A stretch of 64,000 bases of DNA from Octopus vulgaris (Eukaryota). The stretch's first letter is position 1, and every line of letters starts with the position of its first letter. Below, piece after piece: positions 12,884-25,784 of this stretch. The notes beneath the pieces are model-generated. The model was given only the letters and a program-made list of their open reading frames with translations. It made no database searches and was not told the origin of the DNA. Position numbers and translations under genes: made by a program. The DNA is taken from assembly GCA_951406725.2 (NCBI GenBank), contig OX597818.1, forward strand, positions 53,320,001-53,384,000, written 5' to 3'.

Positions 12884-12964
12884 GTACTTTTTGTTTAAGG
12901 ATAAACGGCAACGAGAAACTCAGAGTAACAGATTTTGTTGAATTTTCTGCTGCTTAAAATAAAG

Positions 12965-12995
<31 letters not shown>

Positions 12996-13312
12996 CGGAG
13001 AGTGAACATACTACTATCATGTTCTTAGGAATGAAATCAACCTCTCTGTCTATATATCTACCCTCTTTATAACGTTGGCAAATGAAATAGGGATAAGAAT
13101 GTGCATTGTCCGTTTAATTGGAAAATTCTATATGTGGCTGAAGATTGCTCGACATTTTAAAACTGATGTAATACTTACAGTGTTTAATAAAATGAAGTAG
13201 CATGAAACAATTGTACTACACTACCTCATTCCTTTCAAAGATCTAAAAACTCGACAGAAAGTATCGTATCAAATTACAAAGCAAAACTGAGAGGAAAATT
13301 TCAAATACTCAC

Positions 13313-13496
13313 TTTTTCCGACATCTTTTTCTTTTTCTGTGGCTTTGTTTCTTTCTCAATTTGTGTTTTAACGATGTTCTATTTGAGTGTTTTTCATGTA
13401 AACTTCTTTGTTTTTTCGCTCTTTCTTTGTTCCGCCAAGATGTCATGAGATCACGGACATCCGATTGTGTGAGAGCGATATCATTCATAAAGCCAG
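13313..13496 (-). CDS. BMP1: BMP1/Tolloid-like metalloprotease, prodomain exon (not in ORF track)
   Basis: Reverse complement reads ttttag|CT GGC TTT ATG AAT GAT ATC GCT CTC...CGG AAA AA|gtgagt. Translation (x)GFMNDIALTQSDVRDLMTSWRNKERAKKQ...RKRKRCRKK; GFMNDIAL matches the BMP1/TLL prodomain motif AFLGDIAL. 184 bp, phase 1 to 2, joins the next exon in frame. Confidence 0.85.
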
Positions 13497-13555
13497 CTAA
13501 AAATATAACAAAATCAACAAAGTTATCAATCAGTTAAGTCCAAACATATACATAT

Positions 13556-13622
<67 letters not shown>

Positions 13623-13684
13623 GTAAAAACACGTAAAAAATAAACATGACTACGAAAATTATATAAGACGAAACATTTTCTGTT

Positions 13685-13880
13685 ATTTGCTTGAGTCATT
13701 TGATTGCGGCCATGCTAGAGCACCGCCTTTAGTCGAAAGCAAATCGACCCCAGGACTTATTCTTTGTAAGCCTAGTACTTATTCTATCGTTCACTCTTGC
13801 CGAACCGCTAAGTGACAGGTCCGTAAACACACCAGCATCGGTTGTCAAACACAGACACATACACACAGACACACACACAG

Positions 13881-13915
<35 letters not shown>

Positions 13916-14600
13916 CACAACACACACCCACATATGTATATATACGACGAGCTTCTTTCAGTTTCCGTCTACCAAATTCACTCACAAGGCTTTGGTTGGC
14001 CCGAGGCTATAGTAGAAGACACTTACCTAAGGTGCAACACAGTGGGACTGAACCTTGGAACCATGTGGTTGGTAAGCAAGCTACTTACCACACAGCCCAC
14101 TCCTGCGCCTATCTAAAAATTAATATTACATAACTGTAAATATAGGCGCAGGTATGTCCGTGTGGTTAAGAAATTGATTTTGCATCCCCGTGACTTTGAG
14201 TTCAGCCGCATTGCACAGAACTTTAGGCAAAAATCTTTTACTACAGTCCCGGGTCAACCAATACCTTGTGTGAGAATTTGGTGGGCAGAAATTGTGCCTA
14301 CGTCTGTGTGTGTGTGTGGGTGGGTGGGTGTTTGTGTGAGTGTGCGTATACGTCCGCATGTGTGTAGATGGAAAGTGTAGGGAAGCCAGTTGCACATATA
14401 AGTTTGCGCGTGTATGCGTGTGTGAGAGAGTGTACGTGCGTGTATGTCGACGTGTGTGTACGTCCGCGTGTGTGTGTTTGATTGAAAACAGATGTTCGTT
14501 TGTTTATGTCCCTGCAACTTAAAGATCCGGCAAAAGTTACCAATAGAATTTGAGTTAGACTTCAAAAAAATAAGTACTATGATCGATTTGATTGATTAAA
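13685..14600. mobile_element. Head-to-head SINE family C pair
   Basis: Minus copy ~13685-14112 and an older plus copy ~14142-14600. Confidence 0.75.
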
Positions 14601-14605
14601 CCCTT

Positions 14606-14798
14606 CAGTAAGGTACTCTAGCGTGGCTACAGTAAGGTACTCTAGCGTTGCTACAGTAAGGTACTCTAACGTGGTTTACAGGAAGGTACTCTAGGGTGCC
14701 TACAGTAAGGTACCCTAACGTGGCTACAGTAAGGTACTCTAGCGTGGCTACAGTAAGGTACCCTAACGTGGCTACAGTAAGGTACTCTAGCGTGGCTA
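14606..14798 (+). repeat. 24 bp minisatellite, 8 units
   Basis: Unit CAGTAAGGTACTCTAGCGTGGCTA with point variants. Confidence 0.92.
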
Positions 14799-15260
14799 CA
14801 AGATGAAAAATACTTAGTTAAGTTTGTTAGAGAAAACAAACAGTTTAAATTTACTGATATCAATATAAAGAAATTATATTTCTTTAACATATAATTTCTT
14901 TCCGAGATTCTCCAGGAAAAAAAACCAAACTGTCTCTCACATTAAATCAGAGATTTTACTTCTTGAAAAGCAAGCAATAAAACATTTTTGTATTTGATTT
15001 GCAAGAGAGGACACACCAGTGATGCAGTCACGAATAACATCGAAAGTAGTTTGATAGATTGACCGAACGATTGGTTATACGGTTAACCAATTGACAAACA
15101 AAAATAAAGAAGTGAATTAGAAGCAAACTTTAAGAGATACAACAAGGAATGAAATATTGCTTGGCAAAAAAATTTTCAGCGGAAATGGAAGTTAGTAGAT
15201 AGCTTGTTTATGTACGAAGGAATACTTTTTATGCTTAATAATACATAATACAATTTATAA

Positions 15261-15501
15261 AAGGCGGCGAGCTGGCAGAAACGTTAACACGCCGGGCGAA
15301 ATGCGTAGCTGTATTTCGTCTGCCGATACGTTCTGAGTTCAAATTCTGCCGAGGTCGACTTTGCCTTTCGTCCTTTCGGGGTCGATAAATAATGTTACCT
15401 ATTACCATTTTCGCACTAGGGTCGATATAATCGACTTAATCCCTTTGTCTGTCTTTTTTTGTCCCTTCTATGTTTAGCCCCTTGTGGGCAATAAAGAAAT
15501 A
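15261..15501 (+). mobile_element. tRNA-derived SINE family A, monomer with 26 bp TSD
   Basis: A-box-like TGGCAGAAACGTT and B box GAGTTCAAATTC; tail AAAGAAATA; TSD AATAATACATAATACAATTTATAAAA at 15237-15262 and 15502-15527. Other copies at ~162, 880, 4492, 10865, 18620, 30501, 32430, 32890, 36706, 44650 and 53255. Confidence 0.85.
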
Positions 15502-15564
15502 AATAATACATAATACAATTTATAAAAATGAAAACCTAATTCAATATGGTGCTAGAGGATAGAA

Positions 15565-15947
15565 TTATATCGATAATGATAAACGCAAAATTCTGTCTGT
15601 CTGTCTGTCCAGAAGCCCTCTATCTCAGTCTATATTTGCTCTACATAAACATATACGTTTTTGGAATCAGATCTGCCCTTCATTTGGTTCTTGAACATCC
15701 AGCATTGGGATCAGGTATGGGTGAGGATTCGTTATATGCTAACAGTTGAAAATTCAAATTTTGAAAGAATTCCAAAAATTTGTGAGTTTGCAAGCTTTTC
15801 ATTTAAATTGAATTTAAAGTAATACCTTTTTGGTAAGGTACCAATAAATGCTTTATTATTGCTCTCTTTAGTTTTTGGCAGCAGGCCCAATTAGCCCTTC
15901 GTAGGAGTTAGCTTAAAAGTCCGCGCTGATTGCAGCTTTTAAGCTAG
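15565..15947 (+). mobile_element. Probable non-autonomous Helitron, second family
   Basis: Starts with an AT-rich stretch followed by (TCTG)n. Ends with inverted repeat AGCTTAAAAG/CTTTTAAGCT and CTAG|T. Confidence 0.45.
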
Positions 15948-16445
15948 TATTATATATATATTCAAATGATGTCACTTATGCTATAGACCAGAATTACAAC
16001 ATCCTATAGGTTTCATCTATAGGACACGGAAACTACCAGTAGCGCTGTAGCATCATCGAAATAAATTAAGTTTTTCACAGACTAAGTGTTACCTATTACA
16101 TGACGGGTAATGTTGGAATTATAATTTTGCCACTGGTGTTAAGGTACAAAAACTATAATTACATATTTTACAAAATTTTATAGTACTTCCACGAAATAAC
16201 GAAATTAACACGAATTTTCTAAATAAAAATATTTATTAATATTAAATTGGAATAAATTTCTTATTTGAATATTTTGCGATAAATATATGATATCAAAAGG
16301 AGTAATACTGTTCAGCAATCAATTAATTAATTACAGGTGCAGCAAATTAATGAATTCCATATTAGCGCCACGCAGCCAAGTATTAAGATTCACATCTTAA
16401 TTCACATGTCGCTATATGTATCGTTATCTCTCACACTGTCACTCG

Positions 16446-16449
<4 letters not shown>

Positions 16450-16489
<40 letters not shown>

Positions 16490-16865
16490 CTGAAGTTGTC
16501 TGTGTGTGGCAGGTTTGGTAGCCTTCAACTAACACTATCTCCTCCGAGACCCTGCGGCGCAAGTTGACCAAAATTGAGAGTATGATAGAAGAAGGCTTGC
16601 TCTTGGTCCGTAGAAAAAAGAAAATTCAAATCGGACCATGTTAACACCAAAAATTATTTACATAAAAAATGTGCTTTTTTCCTTTGAAAATCCCTATATT
16701 TTATGATTTTTTGACTGCTGTGTTGCCATTTTTCGGTGTATTTCAACCAAAAACATGTTCAATTAAAGAGAATAACAAGCTACATAATGCAAAATTTTTA
16801 CTTTTCAAAAATTCCAATTCTAAAGGGTCGAAACAAACCCGAGCAACGCCGGGCGATACTGCTAG
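16450..16865 (+). mobile_element. Non-autonomous Helitron
   Basis: 3' hairpin CCCGAGCAACGCCGGG (16838-16853), then CTAG|T at 16862-16866; (TA)n on both sides. Confidence 0.7.
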
Positions 16866-16978
<113 letters not shown>

Positions 16979-17224
16979 TATATCGTGTTTGTATATGAAG
17001 CAAAGGAGAGACGAGGTTTCTTGTGACGTAAACAATAACATGCTGAACATGCCAGACAGTATGATGTTTTTGATATTTTAAGTGTTACCTCTAAACGAAT
17101 GCATCACCCATACAGCAGGTAGCAGTAGAGAAGGAGGAGCCGGAGATAGGGACATAATAACAGCATGGGGTAAATGTAGAGGAGGAGAAATATTAGTTGT
17201 AATTGTAAAGGTGCATCAGTAGTC

Positions 17225-17261
<37 letters not shown>

Positions 17262-17341
17262 CAGAGACAGAAAGGCAGAGACTGTGCAATTCCATATAAG
17301 ACAGAGTAACACTTTATATGTGATCAACCATAAAGGAATGA

Positions 17342-17763
17342 GTATTTGTTTCTTTATTACCCACGAGGGACTAAACACAGAGAGGACAAACAAGGACAGA
17401 CAAACGGATTAAGTCAATTACATCGACCCCAGTGCGTAACTGGTACTTATTTAATCGACCCCAAAAGGATGAAAAGCAAAGTCGACCCTGGTGGAATTTG
17501 AACTCAAAACGTAACGGCAGACGAAATACCTATTTCTTTATTGCCCACAAGGGGCTAAACACAGAGGGGACAAACAAGGACAGACAAACGGATTAAGTCG
17601 ATTATATCGACCTCAGTGCGTAACTGGTACTTATTTAATCGACCCCAAAAGGATGAAAAGCAAAGTCGACCCTGGCGGAATTTGAACTCAGAACGTAACG
17701 GCAGACGAAATACCGCTGAGCATTTCGCCCGGCGTGCTAACGTTTCTACCAGCTTGCCGCCTT
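17342..17763 (-). mobile_element. SINE family A dimer
   Basis: Same junction at ~17523. Confidence 0.85.
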
Positions 17764-17914
17764 TTAAAGGAATGAGTATTATGAGTATAGATGGGTGTGT
17801 GGGTGTGTATGTGTGTAAAAGATATTTGTTCCATGTGCCGTGCAGAGGAATCGAACACAGAAGTAAGAAATTGTAAAGTAAACATTTAACTAGAGTATAT
17901 GCGTAATTTTTTTT

Positions 17915-18281
17915 GGAAGCACTCCGTCGGTTACGACGATGAGGGTTCCGGTTGATCCGATCAACGGAACAGCCTGCTCGTGAAATTAACGTGTAAGTGG
18001 CTGAGCACTCCACAGACACGTGTACCCATAACGTAGTTCTCGGGGATATTCAGCGTGACACAGAGAGTGACAAGGCCGGCCCCTTGAAATACAGGTACAA
18101 CAGCAACAGGAAGTAAGAGTGAGAGAAAGTTGTGGTGAAAGAGTACAGCAGGGATCACCACCATCCCCTACCGGAGCCTCGTGGAGCTTTAGGTGTTTTC
18201 GCTCAATAAACACTCACAACGCCCGGTCTGGGAATCGAAACCGCGAGTCCGCTGCCCTAACCACTGGGCCATTGCGCCTCC
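17915..18281 (-). mobile_element. SINE family B
   Basis: Reverse complement of 2598-2980. Confidence 0.85.
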
Positions 18282-18619
18282 ATATGTGTAATAGAAACGT
18301 AGGAGTCTTAAACCAAGATGACTGCCGAACTCGTTTGAGAAAATAGGAAAAGACGGGCGTAAAAATATAAATTGTATCATTTTGCTAATGAAAAGAAACA
18401 AATACGGAAATCATGAATGAACCGTGCAAAAATATGCATATATTTTAGAAAAATATATAAGTATACTATAGTGTTAGGCATTCATTCAAAATGCCAGTCA
18501 GCTGAAATATGAACCTGGCATAGAATCTACTTTTGTAACCCAGGGTCAAGAACAGCCTAAGTGGAAGGAGCGTAAATGTAACATAATAAGCACAATTTTA
18601 TTTCTTTATAGTAAAAGAG

Positions 18620-19653
18620 GTTTCAAATTTTTCCACAAGGGCAGCAATTTTGGTGGAGGGGATGAGTCGATTACATCGGCACCAGTGTTTAACTGGTACT
18701 TGTTTTATCGACCCTGAACGAATGAAAGCAAAGTCGACTTCGGTCGAATTTGAACTCAGAACGTACCAACGAGCGAAATACCTATTTCTTTACTACCCAC
18801 AAGGGGCTAAACACAGAGGGGAATACCGCTAAGCATTTCGTTCAGCGCGCTAACGATTCTGCCGGCTCGCCGCCTTAAATATGTAGTTACAGTAATTCTT
18901 TTCTATTAGAGGCACAAGGCCCGAAATTTTTGAAGAGGGGGCCAGTCGATTAGATCGATCCCAGTTCGCAATTGGTACTTTATTTATCGACCCCGAAAGG
19001 ATGAAAGGCAAAGTCGACCTCAGTGGAATTTGAACTCAGAACGTACCAACGGGTGAAATACCTATTTTTTTTACTACCCACAAGGGTAGGACAGAGAGGA
19101 CAAACAAGGACAGACAAACGGATTAAGTTGATTATATCGACCCCAGTGCGTAACTGGTACTTATTTAATCGACCTCGAAAGAATGAAAGGCAAAGTCGAC
19201 CTCGGCGGAATTTGAACTGAGAACGTAAAGACAGACGAAATACGGCTAAGCATTTCGCCCGGCTCACCGATTCTGTCGGCTCACCGCCTTAAATATGTTG
19301 TTGCATTAATTGTATATGCAGACACATTTACATGGAAACTGAAAATAATTTGTATAAGCACGTACCAAAGTGGTACGATATACTGTCATACTCTGAGATA
19401 TGCCTGTTTTGACTAATAAGTAGATTAAAGACAAATTCGTTGATATTATCAGCTGAGATAGGAATGCAAACTTAACCTATGTACCGTATTCTGACTGATT
19501 ATCTAAATCTCCCTTCCGACTAAACGCGCGGGAGCAAAGTCGAGAAGTACTTCAGAAAGATTATAAGCGAGATATGGGAAACGAGAATAGATACGGTATC
19601 GATAATAATTGGTTGTATGAGTGTGATAAAAATAAAGAACATGATAAAGAGCA

Positions 19654-19732
<79 letters not shown>

Positions 19733-20300
19733 ATTAGTACTCTGAAGGATATTGTATGTCTAGTTGATAATAGCACTTTCTATAAATTATAGAGAATCGA
19801 TCAAATATACAGACATAGAGAGATTGAAATCCAGAAAGTATGGAATATCTGCAGAATAGTAGTATCAGTAGCCGTACGTATCCAATGTCTTGATAAATAA
19901 ATCTTTTCTACTATAGGCACAAGACCTGAAATTTGAGGGGAGGGGGAAAGTCGATTAGCTCGACCCCAGTACGCAACTGGTACTTAATTTATCGATCCTG
20001 AAAGAATGAAAGGCAAAGTCGACCTCGGCGGAATTTGAACTCAGAACGTAAAGACAAACGAAATACCTATTTCTTTATTGCCCACAAGGGGCTAAACATA
20101 GAGGGGACAAACAAGGACAGACATAGGTATTAAGTCGAATGCATCGACCCCAGTGCGTAACTGGTACTTAATTTATCGATTCCGAAATGATGAAAGGCAA
20201 AGTGGAACTCGGTGGAATTTGAACTCAGAACATAAAGACTGAAGAAATACCGCTATGCACTTCGCCCGGCGTGCTAACGTTTCCGCCAGCTTGTCACCTT
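18620..20300 (-). mobile_element. Cluster of three SINE family A composites
   Basis: Copies at ~18620-18876, 18895-19290 and 19900-20300, each with the recurrent junction or a close variant. Confidence 0.75.
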
Positions 20301-23300
20301 TCAGTTTAACTTTATCACTTGACCCATTGAGTGCCTTTCGTAGAATAATACACTCCGTTGTTCCAGTTGATTCGATCAACGGAACAGCCTGCTCATGAAG
20401 GCGCGTAACTTAATGGTTAGGGTATCTGACTCACAATCGTAAGGTCGTACGTTCGATTCCAGGCGCGTTGTGTCATTGAGCAAGTTTCTTTATTTCACAT
20501 TGCTTCCAATTCATTCGTCTGGCAATAATAGGTAGTATCTGTATTTCAAAGAGCCAGCCTTATCACATTCTGTGTCACCCTGAGAACTACGTTATGGGTA
20601 CACGTGCCTATGGAGTGCCCAACCACTTGCACGCTAATTTTACGAGCAGGCTGTTCCGTTGATCGGATCAACTGGAACCCTCATCGGTATAACTTTTGTA
20701 GAATACGCTCTGTTGCAAGTATTTGTGTCAAGTCTACGGATTAAGGATAACTTTCTCCTTTTCTCTATAGCGTATCGTGGGAAGAAGGGAGAATCTTGCA
20801 AAAATACGATATTTCTAATTTCGTTATCGACACCTGTAATTATAAGAATGAGGTAATCAACCGTTTTTTACATTTCTTTTCTAAGTTTTGGTCTTAAATT
20901 GTCTTTACAAAATGCCTCAATAATTTTTTTTCTGGTTTCCAGAGTGCCAGAAATTCCAAAAGAACTATATTAAGGCATTAAAAAAACCCAGAGAAAATGG
21001 TTGAAATAAAGAACTTCTGAAAATATGGAATATCTGAACAACGCGGGAATCAGTTTTTATGAAACACCTCATACAATTTTTTCCATCCCCTTTTCAAGAA
21101 GGGGTTTGATTTGAATGAAATTTCATTATTCTTTCTAGCAGAGCAAGCGACAAGGCAGAAGCTTTCTCACCGGATCATAAATTTTATTTCGCAGTTGTTG
21201 CTTTTTTTTTAACCCGAGGTCATCTCTGATCGTCTCGATCCATGATCAATGGTGCTCTAATCAGTCACATCACGGCTTTTTACTTATATCAGCTACTGTA
21301 TTGTATCATGTACATAGATGAGTGTCAACGAAGAGCCTTCGTTTGCTCATGAATAACAACCTTGCCTGAAGCGACACACTTAGCTTTATTTGAATATAAA
21401 AGACGTCCAAATAAAGTAAGCCTATAAATATTCTGGAAATTTTAGTCGTATTTAAGGACTGATAAAAATCAGGAAAAATTAAAATGATAATACATGTATA
21501 CTAATTGACAAAACAGCTGTTTCTGTTAACATTATATCACTGGAAAAATCGGCAAAGCTGAATAAATACAAAACACTGGAAACTGGATCTTCTTATTATA
21601 CGTTTATTTTATTGTCACAGTCATATAACCGAGACCTGGATATTTTCGAGGTTTTAAGTTATAAAACATTAATTCTTTGAAATACTACTCCAGCGAAACA
21701 GCAAAGCGTTATACAATGTCACAGGTCGAGTTATGTGCACTCGGAAATACACACACACACACACACACTCTCTCTCTCTCTCTCTCACACACACTTTCTT
21801 TCTCACACACACACCCTTTCTCTCACACACACAGACACACACGCTCTCAATCACACACTCACAGTCTGTACGTCTCTATCTATCTATATATGGACTTCAA
21901 CAGAATGAACTTCTATCTATCTTTCAAACAAACATACGTATACCTCTCTGTCATTAGCAGTGGGATTTGAACTCCGTATATAAAGTGACGGAAGAAATAC
22001 TGCTAGCTCTAACTATTGTGCCAACGTTCCATAACTGCTACAAGGGCGACTGGTGAGGAAACATTAAAGGACAAATTACAAAAATCACTTGAGGCTTATA
22101 TGGAATCGATTATGAGAGAAACAGATATGCACACAACATTGTACAAGCATAGTCGTTTAATGCCAATCAAGGGACCCCATAAATTCAGTATAACTCTCAC
22201 TATACGATTGGTAAGCGCTCTGTCAAAGCTGTTTACTCCTGTCTGCCTGCGAAGTCTAGGCTCAGCTACTCGGATCATTCTCATCAGAATTAATAAGATT
22301 ATGACACTTAAAGATTAATCGCCATTCTTTCAGAAAATGTATTTGTCAAATACATTTTCTTCGTGGAAACAAGATTAACCTGGTGCGAATCATGATGTTT
22401 TGTAAATGGATTAATTAATACAATCCCACTACTTCTGTGTATTGTGTACAGTGCCGTTTGTCCTCGTGCTTTTTAAATGTTAAACGTACCACTGCAATAC
22501 GCGCGCGTGTATGTGTACGTGCGCGTGTGTATATGTATACATATATATTTGTGAGTGTGTGAAGACGGCCAGCAAGAATTCAGCAAGAACCACCCGACGA
22601 CAATTCTCGGATTACATGAATTATCATGGTCAGATACCTATTCTCATTCGTGGTTTCCAGCTTGCAGTCACAAAATTTGAATAAGGCTAGACAACCGTGT
22701 TAAATTCACCACCATCAACCATGTTACAATAAATTAACTGAAGAACGGCACCTCCTTCTCCGTCTTCACCTTCTCCAACAAGTGGTACTTTTAAAGAAGG
22801 TGACGTGGGCTTGGCAGGTAATGAAATCTTTATTTGTCATTGAATACAGAGAATTACCGAGAAGAAACCCTCCTTTACTAGTACTTGCAAATATATAAGC
22901 TATGATATAGAGAAATGAAGGAGAAAATTAGATAAAGACTACTACAGGAGACTCAGTATAAATATTAGATAACGGATCTGACCGACAGATAAAAGATATG
23001 TACCACATTAGCACACCGTGTCATTAATTTCTACTTCAATGTAATAAATTGAATGTCAAGTGGATTGAAGAGCTTTGTGTGGGATAACTTGAAAACTACT
23101 TATTGCATTTTAGATAAACCATCATGAAAATGGTTTAGATAAACTATAGTCTAGTTAATATCACTGTGTTTGATTTAGGGAACATAAAAAAGCTAACTGG
23201 AAATATTTATATGGTGATACATAATATCAAGTCATTGATTTGAAAACATTTTATTTATTTCGCCAGAAAGTACGAAAGATAACTCTGGTCATGTTCGTTC

Positions 23301-24162
23301 TGTTACTTTGACCTCATTAGCGAAGAAGTTATAAGAGAGCAAGTTCGTCGTACACATAGGATTGAGAACTATGGTTTGGTGACCCACTTGGACTTACAAA
23401 AATACTTGGAAACAAGCAAAGGTAGTTTAGAACAATAAGGTAACATGTAAAATAAAGATACAAAAAAATTTAATTTTTTCTGTGAGATGGTGAGAAGATA
23501 CGGGATAATGCTCATGAATGGTTGGAGGGTTTGCTCCATATTGGATTCTGTAAAAAGGCATCCAAGGACCAACTGGGTGACGGTTTGATGCGTTAAAAAA
23601 TAGAAACTACTTAGAAGTTAATTAGCCGAAGGCAAAAGGTTTTGAGAAAGCAAAAAGAACTGGGAATGTTAAAAGAGGCTTGACTGAGTAGGTAACTATA
23701 TTCATTGGATGGATATGCAAACAGCTTCCATGTAAAAGCTGAAAGCAGATGGTACAAGCACGCTTCGAAGCTGGCGTGTGACATTAACATTCCAGCGATA
23801 CTTTAGAACTTATCTGAATAGATTGACACAAAAGATCAGAGCAAACAGCTTAGTCATCATAATCAAAGAAAACCTAAGCACTTTAAAAATTCCTTGGTTT
23901 CTTGCATTTTCAATTGGAAGGTAATGAAGATGGTATCAAAATACAGGGGCAATGGGTACGGACAAGATGAGTTAAATCACTTATCAAATAATTGGTGCAC
24001 TGCTAATAGGAAAGAGTGGTTGTATACTGTCAACATAACGTGACAGTCCCGTAAAGGGAATTACACCACCGCTATTTAGCCCTAGGAAGCATCGACGCTT
24101 CCTGTCAGCTTTGACACATTTCCTGTGTCCTTGTATTTGCGAAGGGGGGGCAAGCATCCCCA

Positions 24163-24241
24163 CCAGCTAGGATTAGCACCCGAAGACATGCATGTTTCTG
24201 AGTCTTGCCCGTCATCAGTTCAGGGTAACTAGTCCTGCTAG
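24163..24241 (-). ncRNA. Type I hammerhead ribozyme motif, complete core
   Basis: Minus strand reads ...ACCCUGAA-CUGAUGA-CGGGCAAGACUCA-GAAA-CAUGCAU-GUC-UUCGGGU... Stem I extends with AGGACUAG/CUAAUCCU. Stem III is the perfect palindrome ACAUGCAUGU. Predicted cleavage between 24185 and 24184. Confidence 0.8.
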
Positions 24242-25411
24242 TTAGAAATTCAATATTTCTAATAGGAAAGAATATTACGAAAATGTGCTTTTGGAAATGC
24301 TCAATGTGACTGAGCTGCTGTATTTTAAACAAGAACAAGGAATGGTTTCTGTATAGCTTAAATTGCATGATGCTGCTGGTCAGTAGCTTCAGTCAATCTC
24401 GGATCGAATTGGAAGTGGAGAGGATATGGAATTCGGTGGTTGAGAGAACAGAAGTGTTGCATGAACAGAAGAAACAAGAAGAAACAATCTCTGCTATTGC
24501 TGTTGTTCCTTGGTCTCAGATCAGCCCCGATCACACCGTAACCAACCATATTATTGCATATCTATAACTGTCTGATATGACCTTCACTTAGGGTGTAATT
24601 CGTGCAATATTTGGTTACTATTTCTTGCAATCGACATTGTGGAGGGTAGTTATTGGAATGACATGTAAGGTAGCTTTTGAGGTTAAGGTCCTTAGCGATG
24701 TATATCGAATGTTAGCTAATGTAGTGTAGAAATTATTAATAGATAAATGCATTGTAGCAAAAATCAGAAATCCTTAGAGAAGCCTGATTATATATTTATC
24801 AGAATTCCTATCAAATGGTGATTCATGATTTAATTTTGCCAGTTTATAAATGAGTAAGAATACCAATGATTATGTTTACTGGGGGGGGGGGGGTAGACTA
24901 AACTGAAAGTGATGATATTGAGAAGACCTGCTAATCCTTAGAATCCATTGTTGGATTCCGGGAAAAAAAATTTCAGTTGTTTAGTAGTGGTTGAACAGAG
25001 CACAAACTATAAAGTGTAATACTGCACTTAAAGAAATTTTTAGAAAATGACGATGTAACCCGGTGTGAGAAATGTTAAAACGTCCCATCGATAATCTGAA
25101 ATCGCTGCAAGAATGCTTGTTTAAGCTTGAAGTGTCAATTGATGTTACAGTGCAAAATAGCAATGATAAGTAAGTGTGTTGTGATGTCAAGTGTGTGCAC
25201 TAGAAGTACTCACAGATAGGAGGAAATCACTTGACCCGAAGCAGAAAGAAGTTGATATATTCTTTGGCTGCGATGACGGCGAAACATTTATAGCAATTTC
25301 AGGTCAATTTGAAGAGATACGGATAAGAAAATAGAGTTTTTCGATAAGAATCGCGTGAAAACCGCAAAGTTTTCCAAATGTAGGGTATACGACGAATGCA
25401 GTGTACTTCAG

Positions 25412-25517
<106 letters not shown>

Positions 25518-25642
25518 ATGAGTTGGCATTTTTATTTCTGGCGAAGGGCTGCGGCTGCGCAGTAGATTTTGAAAAAGTTAGGATATATAATCAAGGAGCA
25601 CGTAGTTTGATCGCCTCGTGTTTATATGTTTAACCCTAGATG

Positions 25643-25729
25643 TTCCTGCTGAAGACGATTTCACCTGGCGAGTGTAGGTGTTATTCATTCACTTGCTAAA
25701 CTAAAATCAGAAACCAATTGGTCCAGGAA
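25643..25729 (+). ncRNA. Type I hammerhead ribozyme motif with long stem II
   Basis: TTCCTG-CTGAAGA(25649-25655)-stem II (GATTT/AAATC, GCGAGTG/CACTTGC)-GAAA(25710-25713)-CCAATTG-GTC-CAGGAA. Perfect 6 bp stem I, palindromic stem III ACCAATTGGT, GUC site ending at 25723. Confidence 0.78.
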
Positions 25730-25744
25730 ACTAGATGGTAAAAT

Positions 25745-25784
<40 letters not shown>

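Larger units (their letters stand above)
11476..12964. mobile_element. Fold-back element, probably Penelope-like pseudo-LTRs in inverted orientation
   Basis: Arm 11476-11817 is the reverse complement of arm 12449-12904. The right arm carries a 108 bp tandem duplication (12465-12572, 12573-12680) and a further partial copy lies at 12905-12964. Each arm has a hammerhead motif and a (TA)n tract. Confidence 0.65.

Noticed and set aside
14606-14798. Possible CRISPR-like array
   Set aside because: Units are contiguous with no unique spacers, and the context is eukaryotic.
25060-25400. Possible decayed Tc1/mariner fragment, also 41512-41796
   Set aside because: Only vague peptide resemblance; no TIRs or DDE motif that I can support.
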